Source: Candidatus Puniceispirillum sp. (lineage in GTDB: Bacteria; Pseudomonadota; Alphaproteobacteria; Caedimonadales; UBA1908). From it: a stretch of 64,000 nucleotides of DNA. Shown piece by piece: positions 1 to 9,355 of this stretch. The DNA lies in the NCBI GenBank assembly GCA_013822015.1, contig PNJU01000002.1, forward strand, positions 128,500-192,499. Direction: 5' to 3'. Both the position numbers and the translations under genes were made by a program. Position 1 is the stretch's first letter, and every line of letters starts with the position of its first letter. A model generated the notes under the pieces. That model saw only the letters and a program-made list of their open reading frames with translations, was not told the origin of the DNA and made no database searches.

Positions 1-681
1 TGCGGTTAAATTGCCGATGGTGCGCAGGGTCAGCGTATCTGTCAGCTTCACACCCACATTGCCCGCAAGCCCTTGGAGAGCACCTTCATCTGCCACAACG
101 TTCCCATGGAGTTTGTTCACGCGGCTGCCAAGACCCGTCTTTTGAAGGGTGCCGCCCACATAAAAGTCCGTTTTATCGATTTGGCCAGAGAGAGCCTCGT
201 GGGCTGTGGTTGAGCGCAAACTACCCCGCTCAAGGAGCGACGAGAACTGCGGTTTTCCCTTGCCGCGCTTGGTGCGCATGCTGATCACGCCTCCTAGCGG
301 GTGGGCGCCCTGCCCCACCTGGGTGCCTGGCAGCATACGCACGTCTTCCATGTCCAGCATTACAAAGGGCCCAAGGCTAGCGCGCCCAAGCTCACTCTGG
401 GTGTTGAGGGTCGCCCCGTCCATCATGACTGTGGTGCCTTGGGAAGGCACACCGCGTATGTAGGCAAAGGCATTTTGAAGGGGGCTTCCTTGTTGGGACA
501 GCGCCACAGAACTCTGGGATGAAAGCGCCTCACGCAGGGAACGCTCTTGATATGTTTCAAGGGGCGCGGCTTCGGCGGGCGCCTCCCCTTCCACACGCAC
601 TTCATCAAGGACATAGGTCTGGGCCAAAAGCATAGGGGTTACAAAAAAAGAAGAAAGCAACAAAAGATGATGGCCGCGCAT
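1..681 (-). CDS. TonB-dependent outer-membrane receptor, N-terminal part (signal peptide plus plug domain). The gene runs off the left window edge. Probably a cobalamin (BtuB-type) receptor, given the riboswitch upstream.
   Basis: Absent from the ORF track because there is no stop inside the window. Hand translation of the minus strand from the ATG at 681 gives MRGHHLLLLSSFFVTPMLLAQTYVLDEVRVEGE...SVALSQQGSPLQNAFAYIRGVPSQGTTVMMDGATLN...GGVISMRTKRGKG. That is a signal peptide followed by plug-domain-like motifs. GGAG lies 5 nt upstream of the ATG. Confidence 0.8.
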   Translation of the reverse strand, partial: MRGHHLLLLSSFFVTPMLLAQTYVLDEVRVEGEAPAEAAPLETYQERSLREALSSQSSVALSQQGSPLQNAFAYIRGVPSQGTTVMMDGATLNTQSELGRASLGPFVMLDMEDVRMLPGTQVGQGAHPLGGVISMRTKRGKGKPQFSSLLERGSLRSTTAHEALSGQIDKTDFYVGGTLQKTGLGSRVNKLHGNVVADEGALQGLAGNVGVKLTDTLTLRTIGNLTA

Positions 682-694
682 ACAGGCTCCTTAT

Positions 695-928
695 AAGACA
701 AGCGGTTTTTCCAAAACCACTCACCCTGGGGGCCTTTTGACTGCGTTACCCGCACAGCAAAGCGTGGCTGCTCAGGCAGGTCTCCTGGCTCACACGTCAT
801 CATTTTCTTGGGCCTTCCCGGGAGAGGCTCCCCCAGTGGCTGTGCACACGCACCCCAAGAAAACTCGGTGTCTACAGTTACGGGAATAGCCGCGATTGGT
901 AAGGTTTTCCTTACACCGCGTTCCCTCT
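695..928 (-). promoter_or_regulatory. Cobalamin (B12) riboswitch in the 5' leader of the TonB-dependent receptor
   Basis: The reverse complement contains the conserved blocks GGGAACGCGGTG, GCGGCTATTCCCGTAACTGTA, GCCACTGGGGGAGCCTCTCCCGGGAAGGCC and the B12 box GAGCCAGGAGACCTGCC (plus coordinates 775-790). A GGTTTTGGAAAACC hairpin follows, just before the RBS and ATG at 681. Boundaries are approximate. Confidence 0.85.
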
Positions 929-1126
929 TCAGGCCTTTTGGGGCCCTATACCATCTTCTGGTACCTGAGCGAGCTCGATAATGGGAGTGTCGTCCTCATC
1001 TGTCAAGGGGGCTTGACTGGCACGCTGGCGTGCCTGATCTTTCCGCTTGCGCAAGTTTGCGCGCAGAGCCGCCGCCAAACGCTCTTCTTTGAGTTGTTTT
1101 AAATCTTTTTTGGGCTTTGTGGTCAT
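929..1126 (-). CDS. Small basic/acidic hypothetical protein (65 aa)
   Basis: Internal ATG of ORF 929..1282, chosen because the longer form overlaps tRNA-Thr. Sequence begins MTTKPKKDLKQLKEERLAAALRANLRKRKDQARQR... No family recognised. Confidence 0.4.
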   Translation of the reverse strand: MTTKPKKDLKQLKEERLAAALRANLRKRKDQARQRASQAPLTDEDDTPIIELAQVPEDGIGPQKA

Positions 1127-1185
1127 GAAAATTACTTTCAGCTCTTGCAAGATCGTCTTGATTCCGATAAACATCTTTGAGTGTC

Positions 1186-1260
1186 GCCGCCGTAGCTCAG
1201 TGGCAGAGCGCACCCTTGGTAAGGGTGAGGCCGGGAGTTCAATCCTCCCCGGCGGCACCA
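1186..1260 (+). tRNA. tRNA-Thr (anticodon GGU)
   Basis: Cloverleaf read by hand: acceptor GCCGCCG/CGGCGGC, anticodon arm CACCC-TTGGTAA-GGGTG, T arm GGGAG-TTCAATC-CTCCC, encoded CCA. Confidence 0.95.
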
Positions 1261-1308
1261 TCAGCTTCCTTGTATACGCCAACTCCCACTGGAGGTAAAG
1301 GACTCTAC

Positions 1309-1995
1309 GTGTTCAGGTTCGCGCTTTCTTTTTTGCTCGTTGTCCCGGCCCTTTGTGCAAAGCCCCCCACGTCCTATTGGATTTGGACCGGCATTACGCC
1401 AGAACCTTACATGCAAGGCGCACCCCTTTATATTTTCCAAGGAACCTTGAGTGAGGAAAAGGGAGTCCTTAAACATACGAGGGAAGGCCTCTCACCCCAC
1501 GCTCTGGCCCACGAGATTCACCTTGTCTACCGCGCCACCCATCCGATCCCTGATGCCAAAAATATTTTGGCCGTCTTCCACACCCAGCGCCTTGGGTGGG
1601 AAAAGCACGGCGTGCGGGTCAAGGGGATTCAAATTGACGCAGATGTCCCCACGCGTCGGCTTAAAGATTATGCGAAAGACCTTGCGCGACTGCGCGCTCG
1701 CCTTGGGAAGACATACGCACTCAGCGTGACAGGGCTTGGAGACTGGACAGGAGCCCCCTATAGGCGAGATTTCCTGGCACTCACCCGTGCGGTGGATGAG
1801 ATGGTGATCCAGCTTTATCAGGCGCGCACCATGCATAAGGAGCACGCGCGTTTTACACGGGCTTTGTGCGCGTCAGGTGCGCCCTTTAAACTTGGCCTGC
1901 TTGCCAAGGTGGACGCAAACACGTACCTTGAAGAAACACGCCAAAAGTGCCCTGGATTTCAGGGCGTCGCGCTCTTTGTTCAAAAGGAGGGGTAA
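1309..1995 (+). CDS. Exported hypothetical protein (possibly DUF3142-like; family assignment is from memory only)
   Basis: In-frame GTG at 1309, preceded by GGAGG at 1291-1295. The track start at 1177 overlaps the tRNA and is rejected. The N-terminus VFRFALSFLLVVPALCA is signal-like. Confidence 0.6.
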   Translation: MFRFALSFLLVVPALCAKPPTSYWIWTGITPEPYMQGAPLYIFQGTLSEEKGVLKHTREGLSPHALAHEIHLVYRATHPIPDAKNILAVFHTQRLGWEKHGVRVKGIQIDADVPTRRLKDYAKDLARLRARLGKTYALSVTGLGDWTGAPYRRDFLALTRAVDEMVIQLYQARTMHKEHARFTRALCASGAPFKLGLLAKVDANTYLEETRQKCPGFQGVALFVQKEG

Positions 1996-2000
1996 GCTCT

Positions 2001-3995
2001 ATGTCATTGATCAAAAAGTCTCTCAAAACCCTCTTGCTGGTTCCCCTTGTGGACGCCGCCCTGTCCTTGGCGTGCTATATTGTGGATCCCTTTTTGCAGC
2101 CCCATACTTTTGTTGGCCCCCATGACATCAACCGCCTTTTGTCCGTGTACCTTGGACCCCGGCCTGGGGAAAAGTCAGCCATGACATTTGAGGCCTATCA
2201 TGCCCGCGTCATGAGCCTTGCAAAAGACAAAAAGGCGCCCATAGACGCCCCTGTGTTCGGCCAACCCATCACCTATTTTGGGCCGTTTCCATCCAATTCC
2301 TATGTGACCGCTTTGAGCTTTATGGAGGCGGCCGCGGGTGATGTGCGCGACCCAGCCGCCCTTGCACGCCTCATGGAAAATCGCCACAGAATTCTTGGCC
2401 TTTTCATGGACGCTGAAAAACGGGATGAGATACAGACTATCCTGGCCAAGCCCCTCCATGAAACCGCTGTATCTTTTGCGGCGTATCTGCAGGGGGCTTT
2501 TACCTTTTACACAAACGCGCCGGATGATGCCCGCGCGTTTTTCGTAAAGGCAAGCGCCGCCCCCGCCCCGTCCTTGTGGACACGGATATCCTCTTTCTTT
2601 GGCCAAAAACCCTCCACCTGGCTTGCCGAAAGTGCTCTATATATGGAAGGACGGTGTTTGCTTGTGGCCGCTCAAGCTGCCATGAGCGCGTATGATCTGC
2701 CAGCTGAGGGCAACGATAAGCTAGATAGAAAAAAACTCAGCCAAGCGCGCACGACCTTCGCGCGTTACCTCAAAGCCTATCCAGAAGGCCTATATGCCGA
2801 CTCCATCAAAAATCTTGATCGCAAGTTTGACCGCCTTGAGGGACACGCCCAAGAGCTTAATGCCAAACTGCGTGCGCTGGTGGTTGAGACCTTCAAAAAG
2901 GATCCCCTCTCGTCCCAGGCTTACGACGCCCTGGATGAATACATGAACTATTTTACAGGCGAGCCGGATCCCCACCAAGACGCGCCCCTGGCCTTGGCTG
3001 TTCATATACTGAGCCGCATACACGCGCTGAAGGAAGAAACCCTACGCGTTCTTCTTGCTGGCGTAAACGCACGCGCAAAAGACTTCGCCCCCTATCCAGG
3101 CCTTGCCTCTTTCCTGAAAGCCCTCCTTCTGACGAATCTGAAGGCGTATAAAGACGTGGTGGCACTCGACCAAACTGCGACCCACCCCCTCAACAAAGTC
3201 CAGCAAGGCACCCAAATCCTGCGCGCCAAGGCGCAATTAATCCAGAAGGATCCCCAAGGAGCTCTGGAGACACTGCACGCCCTCAAAAAAAGCCTCACAG
3301 ATGATCATTTAGACCTTCTCCTCATGCGCACCCATATGATCCTCGCGAGCCCGCCTGAGACGCTCCTCCAGGACGCTGTATCCCCACGTGTGCGTGAGCT
3401 GTACCTTGAGCGCTTTTGCCCCACCCAGGCGATTGAGCGCCTTATGGAGGACAAGAGTCTACCCAAGGAGGTAAAATCCATTGTTGAGACGGCCTACACG
3501 CGGCGCCTTCTGCTGGAGGGTAGCTTTGAGAAAGCCATTGAAAAAAAGCTCTTAAGCAAGGACGAGCAAAAAGAGGTTGAAGCGTATCTTAAGGATAAAA
3601 ACACGCCTCAGGCGCAGCTGCGCATGGGGCAATGGCTCGAGGAGAACATATCCCCTTGGCACGGCCTCATTCAAGACGATGACAATCTTGAGGAAGAGTG
3701 CCCCGAGTGCAAGCCGGCAGATCTCGCCCTTGTGGCGCCCATCCACTATTTCATCAAGGCGCTGAGCCTGCCTGGTTCAGGAAACAGCGATACCCAGGCG
3801 GAGGTTCTCCACCGCTTGACCGGCGTTTGCTTTCGCGGCAATGAGCCAGCCTACAGCTGTCTATGGGTCCATACGTGGTGGGAGGATCAGGCACTTAAGG
3901 CGATCCATGACAAGGACGTGCCAAAGTGGTTCCATATGCTCCATACGCGTTTTAAGACAAGTAGTTGGGCAAAGAAAACGCCCTATCACTATTAA
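2001..3995 (+). CDS. Large hypothetical protein (664 aa), helical-repeat-like with a Cys-containing C-terminus
   Basis: ATG at 2001 follows GGAGGGG and lies 6 nt after the upstream stop. Long uninterrupted ORF. The N-terminus has a hydrophobic segment. No family recognised. Confidence 0.6.
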   Translation: MSLIKKSLKTLLLVPLVDAALSLACYIVDPFLQPHTFVGPHDINRLLSVYLGPRPGEKSAMTFEAYHARVMSLAKDKKAPIDAPVFGQPITYFGPFPSNSYVTALSFMEAAAGDVRDPAALARLMENRHRILGLFMDAEKRDEIQTILAKPLHETAVSFAAYLQGAFTFYTNAPDDARAFFVKASAAPAPSLWTRISSFFGQKPSTWLAESALYMEGRCLLVAAQAAMSAYDLPAEGNDKLDRKKLSQARTTFARYLKAYPEGLYADSIKNLDRKFDRLEGHAQELNAKLRALVVETFKKDPLSSQAYDALDEYMNYFTGEPDPHQDAPLALAVHILSRIHALKEETLRVLLAGVNARAKDFAPYPGLASFLKALLLTNLKAYKDVVALDQTATHPLNKVQQGTQILRAKAQLIQKDPQGALETLHALKKSLTDDHLDLLLMRTHMILASPPETLLQDAVSPRVRELYLERFCPTQAIERLMEDKSLPKEVKSIVETAYTRRLLLEGSFEKAIEKKLLSKDEQKEVEAYLKDKNTPQAQLRMGQWLEENISPWHGLIQDDDNLEEECPECKPADLALVAPIHYFIKALSLPGSGNSDTQAEVLHRLTGVCFRGNEPAYSCLWVHTWWEDQALKAIHDKDVPKWFHMLHTRFKTSSWAKKTPYHY

Positions 3996-4025
3996 GGGGC
4001 TGCTGGGGTGCACTTTGTGCGAGGG

Positions 4026-4487
4026 TTACAGGAATCGCCCATCTTGGGTGGCTGTGAAGTTCCAGAAGGCCTCCAAGCGCTGTAAAAGGGCTCGCATGGA
4101 CTTTATTTCCTGCTCCATTAAGCCATTGTGACGCATGTTCTTTGTATGCTCACGCAAAAGAGCGTCGATCTTTTCGTAGAGATCCAACCCTTTTTGGGAC
4201 AGCTGAATGTGGCTGGAACGACGGTCATGGGGCGACTGTTCCTGGATAATATATCCACTCTCAACCATCTTCTTAAGATTGTACGTCACATTGGATCCAA
4301 GGTAGTACCCTCTGTTGGAAATCTCTCCCACAGAAAGGCGATTCTTACCAATGTTATAAAGGATAAAGCACTGTACGTTGCTAATATCCATGAGGCCCAT
4401 GCGATCAAGCTCTCCCTTAATCACCTCAAGAAAGAGGCGATGGAGGCGCTCGATTAGCATCACCGTTTCAAAATAAACGTCTTTCAC
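4026..4487 (-). CDS. MarR-family winged-helix transcriptional regulator
   Basis: GTG start with GGAGG 5 nt upstream. Motifs ISNVQCFILYNIG...LSVGEIS...YLGSNVTYNLKKMVESGYI...PHDRRSSHIQLSQKG are typical of the MarR wHTH. Confidence 0.85.
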   Translation of the reverse strand: MKDVYFETVMLIERLHRLFLEVIKGELDRMGLMDISNVQCFILYNIGKNRLSVGEISNRGYYLGSNVTYNLKKMVESGYIIQEQSPHDRRSSHIQLSQKGLDLYEKIDALLREHTKNMRHNGLMEQEIKSMRALLQRLEAFWNFTATQDGRFL

Positions 4488-4583
4488 CTATTCCTCCGGG
4501 GAGAAACGAAATCATCCTATACTTTCATGTTAGAGGAGATGAGTTAAATTTTAATTAATAATAGAAAAAAGTCTTCTTTGAGT

Positions 4584-5072
4584 TTAGGCACCTTTACGAT
4601 CAAGCTGCTCTCCAAAGGACTGAATCAGCACAGAACGCACGCGTTTTTTTCCTGCAACTTTTTGCGTTACTCGGAGGAGGCGGACCTTTAAATCCTTCAA
4701 AAGGACGCGCGTGTCGGGCGACCAAACCAGGCAAAAGACGCTGTACATGTCCGTAAAAAGCGCATCAATGATGCGCGGACGAAAAATAAACAGCTCTGGC
4801 ATAATCTCTTTAGATGTGGCCTCCACTGTAATGTCGATACTGTAGGCAGTCACCAATTGACGGTCTTGAATGACAGGAATGATAAAAGTTGGCAATGCCA
4901 TGTACGGTGTCGCTTCGCCGCCACTTTTTTCTTCACTTTCTTCTGGCGGGCCACTTTGCTTAGGTTTGGGTTTTTCAGCGGCCCCATGCCCTTCTTCCTC
5001 CGCCCAAAGAGGCGCACGGCTTGTGACAGCCATAACACCCATTAAGAGCAAAAGAATCGAAGTGCGTCGCAC
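4584..5072 (-). CDS. Exported protein, tentatively FliL-like
   Basis: Signal/anchor RRTSILLLLMGVMAVTS, a charged linker, then YMALPTFIIPVIQDRQLVTAYSIDITVEA...FRPRIIDALF, which resembles the FliL pattern. Assignment is weak. Confidence 0.45.
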   Translation of the reverse strand: MRRTSILLLLMGVMAVTSRAPLWAEEEGHGAAEKPKPKQSGPPEESEEKSGGEATPYMALPTFIIPVIQDRQLVTAYSIDITVEATSKEIMPELFIFRPRIIDALFTDMYSVFCLVWSPDTRVLLKDLKVRLLRVTQKVAGKKRVRSVLIQSFGEQLDRKGA

Positions 5073-5117
5073 AAAAGGGCCTCACCAGAAGTTTCTTGAC
5101 CCTATTCTAGCAGACAC

Positions 5118-5600
5118 TTAAGCCTTTGAAAGGGGTTTATTCAGCTTTCGTGCAAGGGCGTCCAGAATGCCGTTCACAAAAGCGCCTTGCTTCTTGCCAC
5201 AAAAGTGAATGGTCAGGTGAACATATTCACTGATCACAACGGGTGCGGGTGCAAAAGGGTGTGGGGTGAGAAGCTCAGCCGCGCCAGCTTTCAGGATAGC
5301 TTGTAGCACGGGCTCGTGCTTATCAAGGGTAGATTCATCAGGCAGTAGCTCCTGAATGTGCGACGCAAGACTCTCGTAGTCGCGCGTAATCGTTTCAAAA
5401 ACCGTCGAAAAAAGAGCCACATTGGGAGCGTCCGGATAATCCTCACGCTCACCAAGGCGGTGCATGAGGAATTCATCTTTGACACTTTCGGCAGAGGCCT
5501 GGGTCGCATGGATCTGGAACAGCGCTTGGGTTAACGCCATGCGCGCAGCCCGCGCTTCACGGTGATTCTTGGAAAGGGGTGGTTTTGTCGGCGTTGTCAT
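5118..5600 (-). CDS. nusB: Transcription antitermination factor NusB
   Basis: REARAARMALTQALFQ... and C-terminal PVVISEYVHLTIHFCGKKQGAFVNGILDALARKL match NusB. ATG at 5600 is preferred over the TTG at 5612. Confidence 0.9.
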   Translation of the reverse strand: MTTPTKPPLSKNHREARAARMALTQALFQIHATQASAESVKDEFLMHRLGEREDYPDAPNVALFSTVFETITRDYESLASHIQELLPDESTLDKHEPVLQAILKAGAAELLTPHPFAPAPVVISEYVHLTIHFCGKKQGAFVNGILDALARKLNKPLSKA

Positions 5601-5679
5601 GGCTCTTGTCAAAAAATCGGATGTGTGCGCACTATGCCTTTCGCAGCCTTAAAAGGCAAGGTTTTTGTGCGCGTTCTCC

Positions 5680-5946
5680 TTATATACTGTCCCAGACTTT
5701 CAACCCCGGATAGGCTCGTCTGGCTTTCCAGATACTCTCAGGCTTGAGCCCCACCTCGCCGCAGAAGGCCAAGAGAACTGGTTCATTTTCAAGGAGAAAG
5801 TCGAGCACACTTCCCAAACAATCAGGATCAGCAAGGCGCCCGCGCAGGGTCCCAAGATCCATCCCCGTTTCGGCTAAAAAGCGCTCTGTGACCTCTTGGT
5901 GAGCCAAAAGATAGGCAAGCGCCTCGTGTGCAATGTCGTGCTTCAT
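5680..5946 (-). CDS. DUF3572-like small protein
   Basis: Internal ATG (MKHDIAHEALAYLLAHQEVTERFLAETGMD...). Size and pattern resemble the alphaproteobacterial DUF3572 family (from memory). Confidence 0.6.
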   Translation of the reverse strand: MKHDIAHEALAYLLAHQEVTERFLAETGMDLGTLRGRLADPDCLGSVLDFLLENEPVLLAFCGEVGLKPESIWKARRAYPGLKVWDSI

Positions 5947-6071
5947 GGATCTGTCCTGAGGTATCGTCCTGGGACAAAGTTTACGCGAGCACGTTTCCAA
6001 CAATCAAGGGAAAGTGCTATAGTTTATTTGCTTGGCTTTTGAAAAACACATTAAAGCAAGGAGGAAAAAAC

Positions 6072-6548
6072 ATGAAAAGTCGCCAGGATACAGCCAAACT
6101 CATCTTTACAGCAGGTCTTATCGGAGGGCTCATGGAGATTTTGTGGGTCTCTTTTTACGGGCTCGTGACAAATACGCCTGTCTTACCCGTTTCTCAGGAA
6201 ATCACGGCCACACTTGTGGGATCGTCCACATTAAGCGTGACACCTGGCATACTCGGCATTGCCGCACACATGCTTTTGTCTCTTTTGCTGAGCGCCGTTT
6301 TTGTTCTTGGATTATGGCAGCCCTTTGTCTCCCAACGTACGCCTCTTTTGGGCATGGTCAGCGCATTGGCCGCGCTCACCCTCGTGTGGGCCGTCAATTT
6401 CTTCGTGGTCCTACCTATCATAAACCCGCGCTTTGTGACCCTCTTACCCATGGGCGTCACACTCACATCAAAGATGCTTTTTGGTCTGGGAATGGGCGCA
6501 TTTCTTGTCCTGCGCAGCCGCGTTACTTCTCGCGTCGCCCATTCTTAA
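6072..6548 (+). CDS. Integral membrane protein (about 4 TM segments), unknown function
   Basis: ATG at 6072 is preceded by AGGAGGAAAAAAC. Four hydrophobic stretches are present in the translation. Confidence 0.6.
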   Translation: MKSRQDTAKLIFTAGLIGGLMEILWVSFYGLVTNTPVLPVSQEITATLVGSSTLSVTPGILGIAAHMLLSLLLSAVFVLGLWQPFVSQRTPLLGMVSALAALTLVWAVNFFVVLPIINPRFVTLLPMGVTLTSKMLFGLGMGAFLVLRSRVTSRVAHS

Positions 6549-7167
6549 TCTTACCAGTCACCCTTGACGACTCATCAAGGAACACCTTACCGGGTGTTCC
6601 TTGGAAGATCACATCTCCTGAAATCACAGTCTCTTTCAGCTCAACCTTTGAAGGGTGCTCGCTTTTAGAAGATACAATAAGGCGCCTTGTTTTGACCTCA
6701 CTTAAGTGTACGTCTCTACCAACCACATTGATCACTTCACACGAACCATGAACGGCGTTTAAGGGGCCATAAATCTTTACCTCTTTCGCGATCTTAAAGT
6801 GGTTGATCATGGCTGGCCCCTTGATCAAAAGGCGCCCTGTCTGCAAATGAAACACGCTCACAGGTCCGTGAACAGTCAGTGTCTTCGCTGATATATGCGC
6901 ACCTTCCAGGGGACCGTAAACGGCCGCCTGGCCCAAAATTGTCACATGATCAAGATGGGTTGGGCCATAAATCTCGAGCTTCTTCAAACGCTTCTTTTCG
7001 ATGCGCGTCGGCCCAAATGACTCCTCGATTTCTTCCTCAACAATATCGTCCCCGCTATAGATGCGGTAGGGAGATGGGATGAACTTGCTATAGGAATCCC
7101 TTGAGTGCGCAAGCAAAGTTGTTGCAGTTAAAGCAGAAAGTAAGGCGGAAAGAAGAAAAGAATGCAT
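6523..7167 (-). CDS. Exported beta-helix repeat protein, bactofilin (DUF583)-like
   Basis: ATG at 7167 gives the signal-like MHSFLLSALLSALTATTLLA. Repeated short beta-strand units follow (IYGPTHLDHVTILGQAAVYGPLEGAHISAKTLTVHGPVSV...IYGPLNAVHGSCEV...). The 3' end overlaps the convergent gene 6072..6548 by 26 nt. Confidence 0.5.
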   Translation of the reverse strand: MHSFLLSALLSALTATTLLAHSRDSYSKFIPSPYRIYSGDDIVEEEIEESFGPTRIEKKRLKKLEIYGPTHLDHVTILGQAAVYGPLEGAHISAKTLTVHGPVSVFHLQTGRLLIKGPAMINHFKIAKEVKIYGPLNAVHGSCEVINVVGRDVHLSEVKTRRLIVSSKSEHPSKVELKETVISGDVIFQGTPGKVFLDESSRVTGKIKNGRREK

Positions 7168-7257
7168 ATGTGATGCCCCATGGTGTGCGTGTAGATCTAG
7201 CCTAAGCAGAGCCATCCTGCCATGTCAACTCAGACCACATTGCTGTCTGAGTGTCAA

Positions 7258-7632
7258 CTAAGCAGCTTTCGCCATGCGCCGTTTCAAATAGAGGATTTCA
7301 CGACCAAGCTCAGCGTTCACCACCGCGAAAGGGCCCTGCTCAGACAAAGCCTGCCTTGCCTCAAAGGTCTTCCCTTCACGGGCCAGGTCGATGATCTCTT
7401 GTGCACAGGTGTGAAAGCGCGCGTGGATCTCCATAACCCGTTGATATTCAGGCAAGGTTCCATAACGTGGCTTCATGGAACGCAGCCAGGCCCCAAGGGC
7501 ACAAGACGCGCTTGATCCCAAACTATCACCCGAGAACTGCCTTGAACCGTTCACATAAAGAAGGAGACGTACTTTCCAGTCATTGTGCTCTTTGAGCGCT
7601 TCTTCCAACGTACGTGGCATATTTTGCACCAT
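7258..7632 (-). CDS. Stand-alone CZB (chemoreceptor zinc-binding) domain protein
   Basis: H..W pattern (EHNDWKVRL), then C.LG.WL (SCALGAWL), then H...H.C (EIHARFHTCAQEI), as in CZB domains. An alternative ATG lies at 7620. Confidence 0.7.
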   Translation of the reverse strand: MVQNMPRTLEEALKEHNDWKVRLLLYVNGSRQFSGDSLGSSASCALGAWLRSMKPRYGTLPEYQRVMEIHARFHTCAQEIIDLAREGKTFEARQALSEQGPFAVVNAELGREILYLKRRMAKAA

Positions 7633-7705
7633 TCATTTTCTATGCCTTCCCGGTAAGATTGTACCCCCAAAGAGTCCTGTTGCAAACCAGGGAAATAATC
7701 AGACT

Positions 7706-8629
7706 CTACTCTTTGTAGACTTGGACAAGCTTATCAAGCATCTGGAGCGCATCTTCTCTTTGGCGTTGGAATGCGTTACGCCCAATGATCGACCCGTGAC
7801 CGCCGCCTGCTTTGATGGCACGAGCGTCATCAAGAATTGCTTCTTCGGACTTTTCGCCGCCGCCAGAGAAAATTACAAGGCGTCTTCCTTGGAAGGTACA
7901 TTCCGTAATATGACGCACACGCGCCTCAAGGGACGAGAAGTCACGACCATAGCGTCCAAAAACCTCTTGGGAATCTGCGTACTCCAAGTGGTGGGAGGGA
8001 AGCTTAACCTTGATAATATGTGCGCCCAAAAGAGACGCCATATGCGCGCTGTAGGAAATGACATCGAGAGCTGTCTCGCCAGCCTTAGACATGTTGCCCC
8101 TTGGGTATGACCAAATCACAACCACCAAACCATAAGATTTCGCGCGGTTTGCGATCTCGCGTATCTCCTCAAAAAGACCATAAGTATTGTCAGAGCCTGG
8201 GTAGATTGTGAAACCAATACCTACGCATCCTAAGCGCAGCGCGTCCTCTAGACTAGACGTCAGCGCCTGATCCGCAAGGGAACTGCTGTGGGCAAAGCGC
8301 GTCATAAGGTTAGAGCTATTCATCTTAAGAATGAGTGGAATTTGGCCTGCAAAGGTATCGGAGCCTGCCTCAAGGAGCCCAAGGGGTGCTGCGTAGGCTG
8401 AAAGACCCGCGTCAATGGCCAAGCGAAAGAGATAATGGGGATCAAGGGCTGCTGGGTTCATGGAAAAACTGCGATCGGGACCGTGCTCAAATCCTTGATC
8501 AACGGGCAGGATAATCATGCGCCCCGTCCCGCCCAAACGCCCATGGTTCAAGAGACGAGCGATGTTTGTTTTTACACCAGGTGTTTGCCCTTCATACCAG
8601 CTTAAGATCTCTTCAACGCGCTTGGTCAT
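7706..8629 (-). CDS. Class I fructose-bisphosphate aldolase (DhnA/FbaB type)
   Basis: LLNHGRLGGTGRMIILPVDQGFEHGP...IPLILKMNSSN...KVKLP match the FbaB family over the full length. Confidence 0.9.
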   Translation of the reverse strand: MTKRVEEILSWYEGQTPGVKTNIARLLNHGRLGGTGRMIILPVDQGFEHGPDRSFSMNPAALDPHYLFRLAIDAGLSAYAAPLGLLEAGSDTFAGQIPLILKMNSSNLMTRFAHSSSLADQALTSSLEDALRLGCVGIGFTIYPGSDNTYGLFEEIREIANRAKSYGLVVVIWSYPRGNMSKAGETALDVISYSAHMASLLGAHIIKVKLPSHHLEYADSQEVFGRYGRDFSSLEARVRHITECTFQGRRLVIFSGGGEKSEEAILDDARAIKAGGGHGSIIGRNAFQRQREDALQMLDKLVQVYKE

Positions 8630-8821
8630 GTGTTTTTCTCTTTATAAACAAGTTTCTTGATTTGTATACATTACGTTATGTTTTTGGCACAAGCAACACT
8701 TTGCAGTCTCCACCCCAAGGGACCACCTGTGCCATTTTTCACACGTCGCGACGATGGACTGCAGACACAAAAAAAGGACGCTAGCCCAGTGCCAGCGCCC
8801 CTTTAGATAAACGAAATTGCC

Positions 8822-9355
8822 TTACTTGCTTGGTGCCTCATCTCGCTTATTGGCTTGGGAAACAGCAAGATCAAGGGCTTCTTGGGTACAAAGCCCCAGC
8901 ACCACTGGGTTGTGGGGCTTAATGTTGTCTGCGTTTCTGTGGGTCCCGTCACGCACCGCTTGAATGGTGGCCTTGGTTGTGCCCACGAGGCTGATAATTT
9001 GGGTGTCCGAAAGATTCTTATGGAACTTGATGAGCCACGCGATGGCATCGGGACGCTCTTTCCTGCGCGAAAGGGGTGTATACCTTGATTTTTTTGCGCG
9101 TGAGCTCTGGGCATGGGGCGCTAAAAGGACCAATGGTGTATTGGGGTCATCTTGAGACTTATCCAAGGATTCCTGTGAGAGCTGTCCAGCTACAATAGGG
9201 TCAAAGGGCTGCAAACCTTGGCCTAGCTCGTCATCGGCAAGGGCTTGGACCTCTAAAATATGCAGTTCGCAATAATCTGCGATTTGCGCAAACGTGAGGG
9301 TCGTATTCTCCAAAAGCCAGAGAGCTGTTGCTTTAGGCATGAGGGGTGCAGCCAT
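8822..9355 (-). CDS. DUF1013 protein (cell-cycle transcriptional regulator TrcR family)
   Basis: The N-terminus MAAPLMPKATALWLLENTTLTFAQIADYCELHILEVQALADDE is the hallmark DUF1013 start. Confidence 0.8.
   Translation of the reverse strand: MAAPLMPKATALWLLENTTLTFAQIADYCELHILEVQALADDELGQGLQPFDPIVAGQLSQESLDKSQDDPNTPLVLLAPHAQSSRAKKSRYTPLSRRKERPDAIAWLIKFHKNLSDTQIISLVGTTKATIQAVRDGTHRNADNIKPHNPVVLGLCTQEALDLAVSQANKRDEAPSK

Noticed and set aside
1177-1308. N-terminal extension of ORF 1177..1995
   Set aside because: This part is the tRNA-Thr(GGU) gene read as protein. A GTG at 1309 with an upstream GGAGG gives a signal-peptide start.
6032-6751. 239-aa plus-strand ORF in an alternative frame
   Set aside because: Overlaps the membrane-protein gene 6072..6548 and the convergent beta-helix gene. 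The Arg/His-rich translation is implausible.
8685-8705. TGGCAC...TTGCA, a sigma54-like promoter
   Set aside because: The spacing between the GG and GC elements is 5 nt too long. It is on the plus strand, while both flanking genes are on the minus strand.
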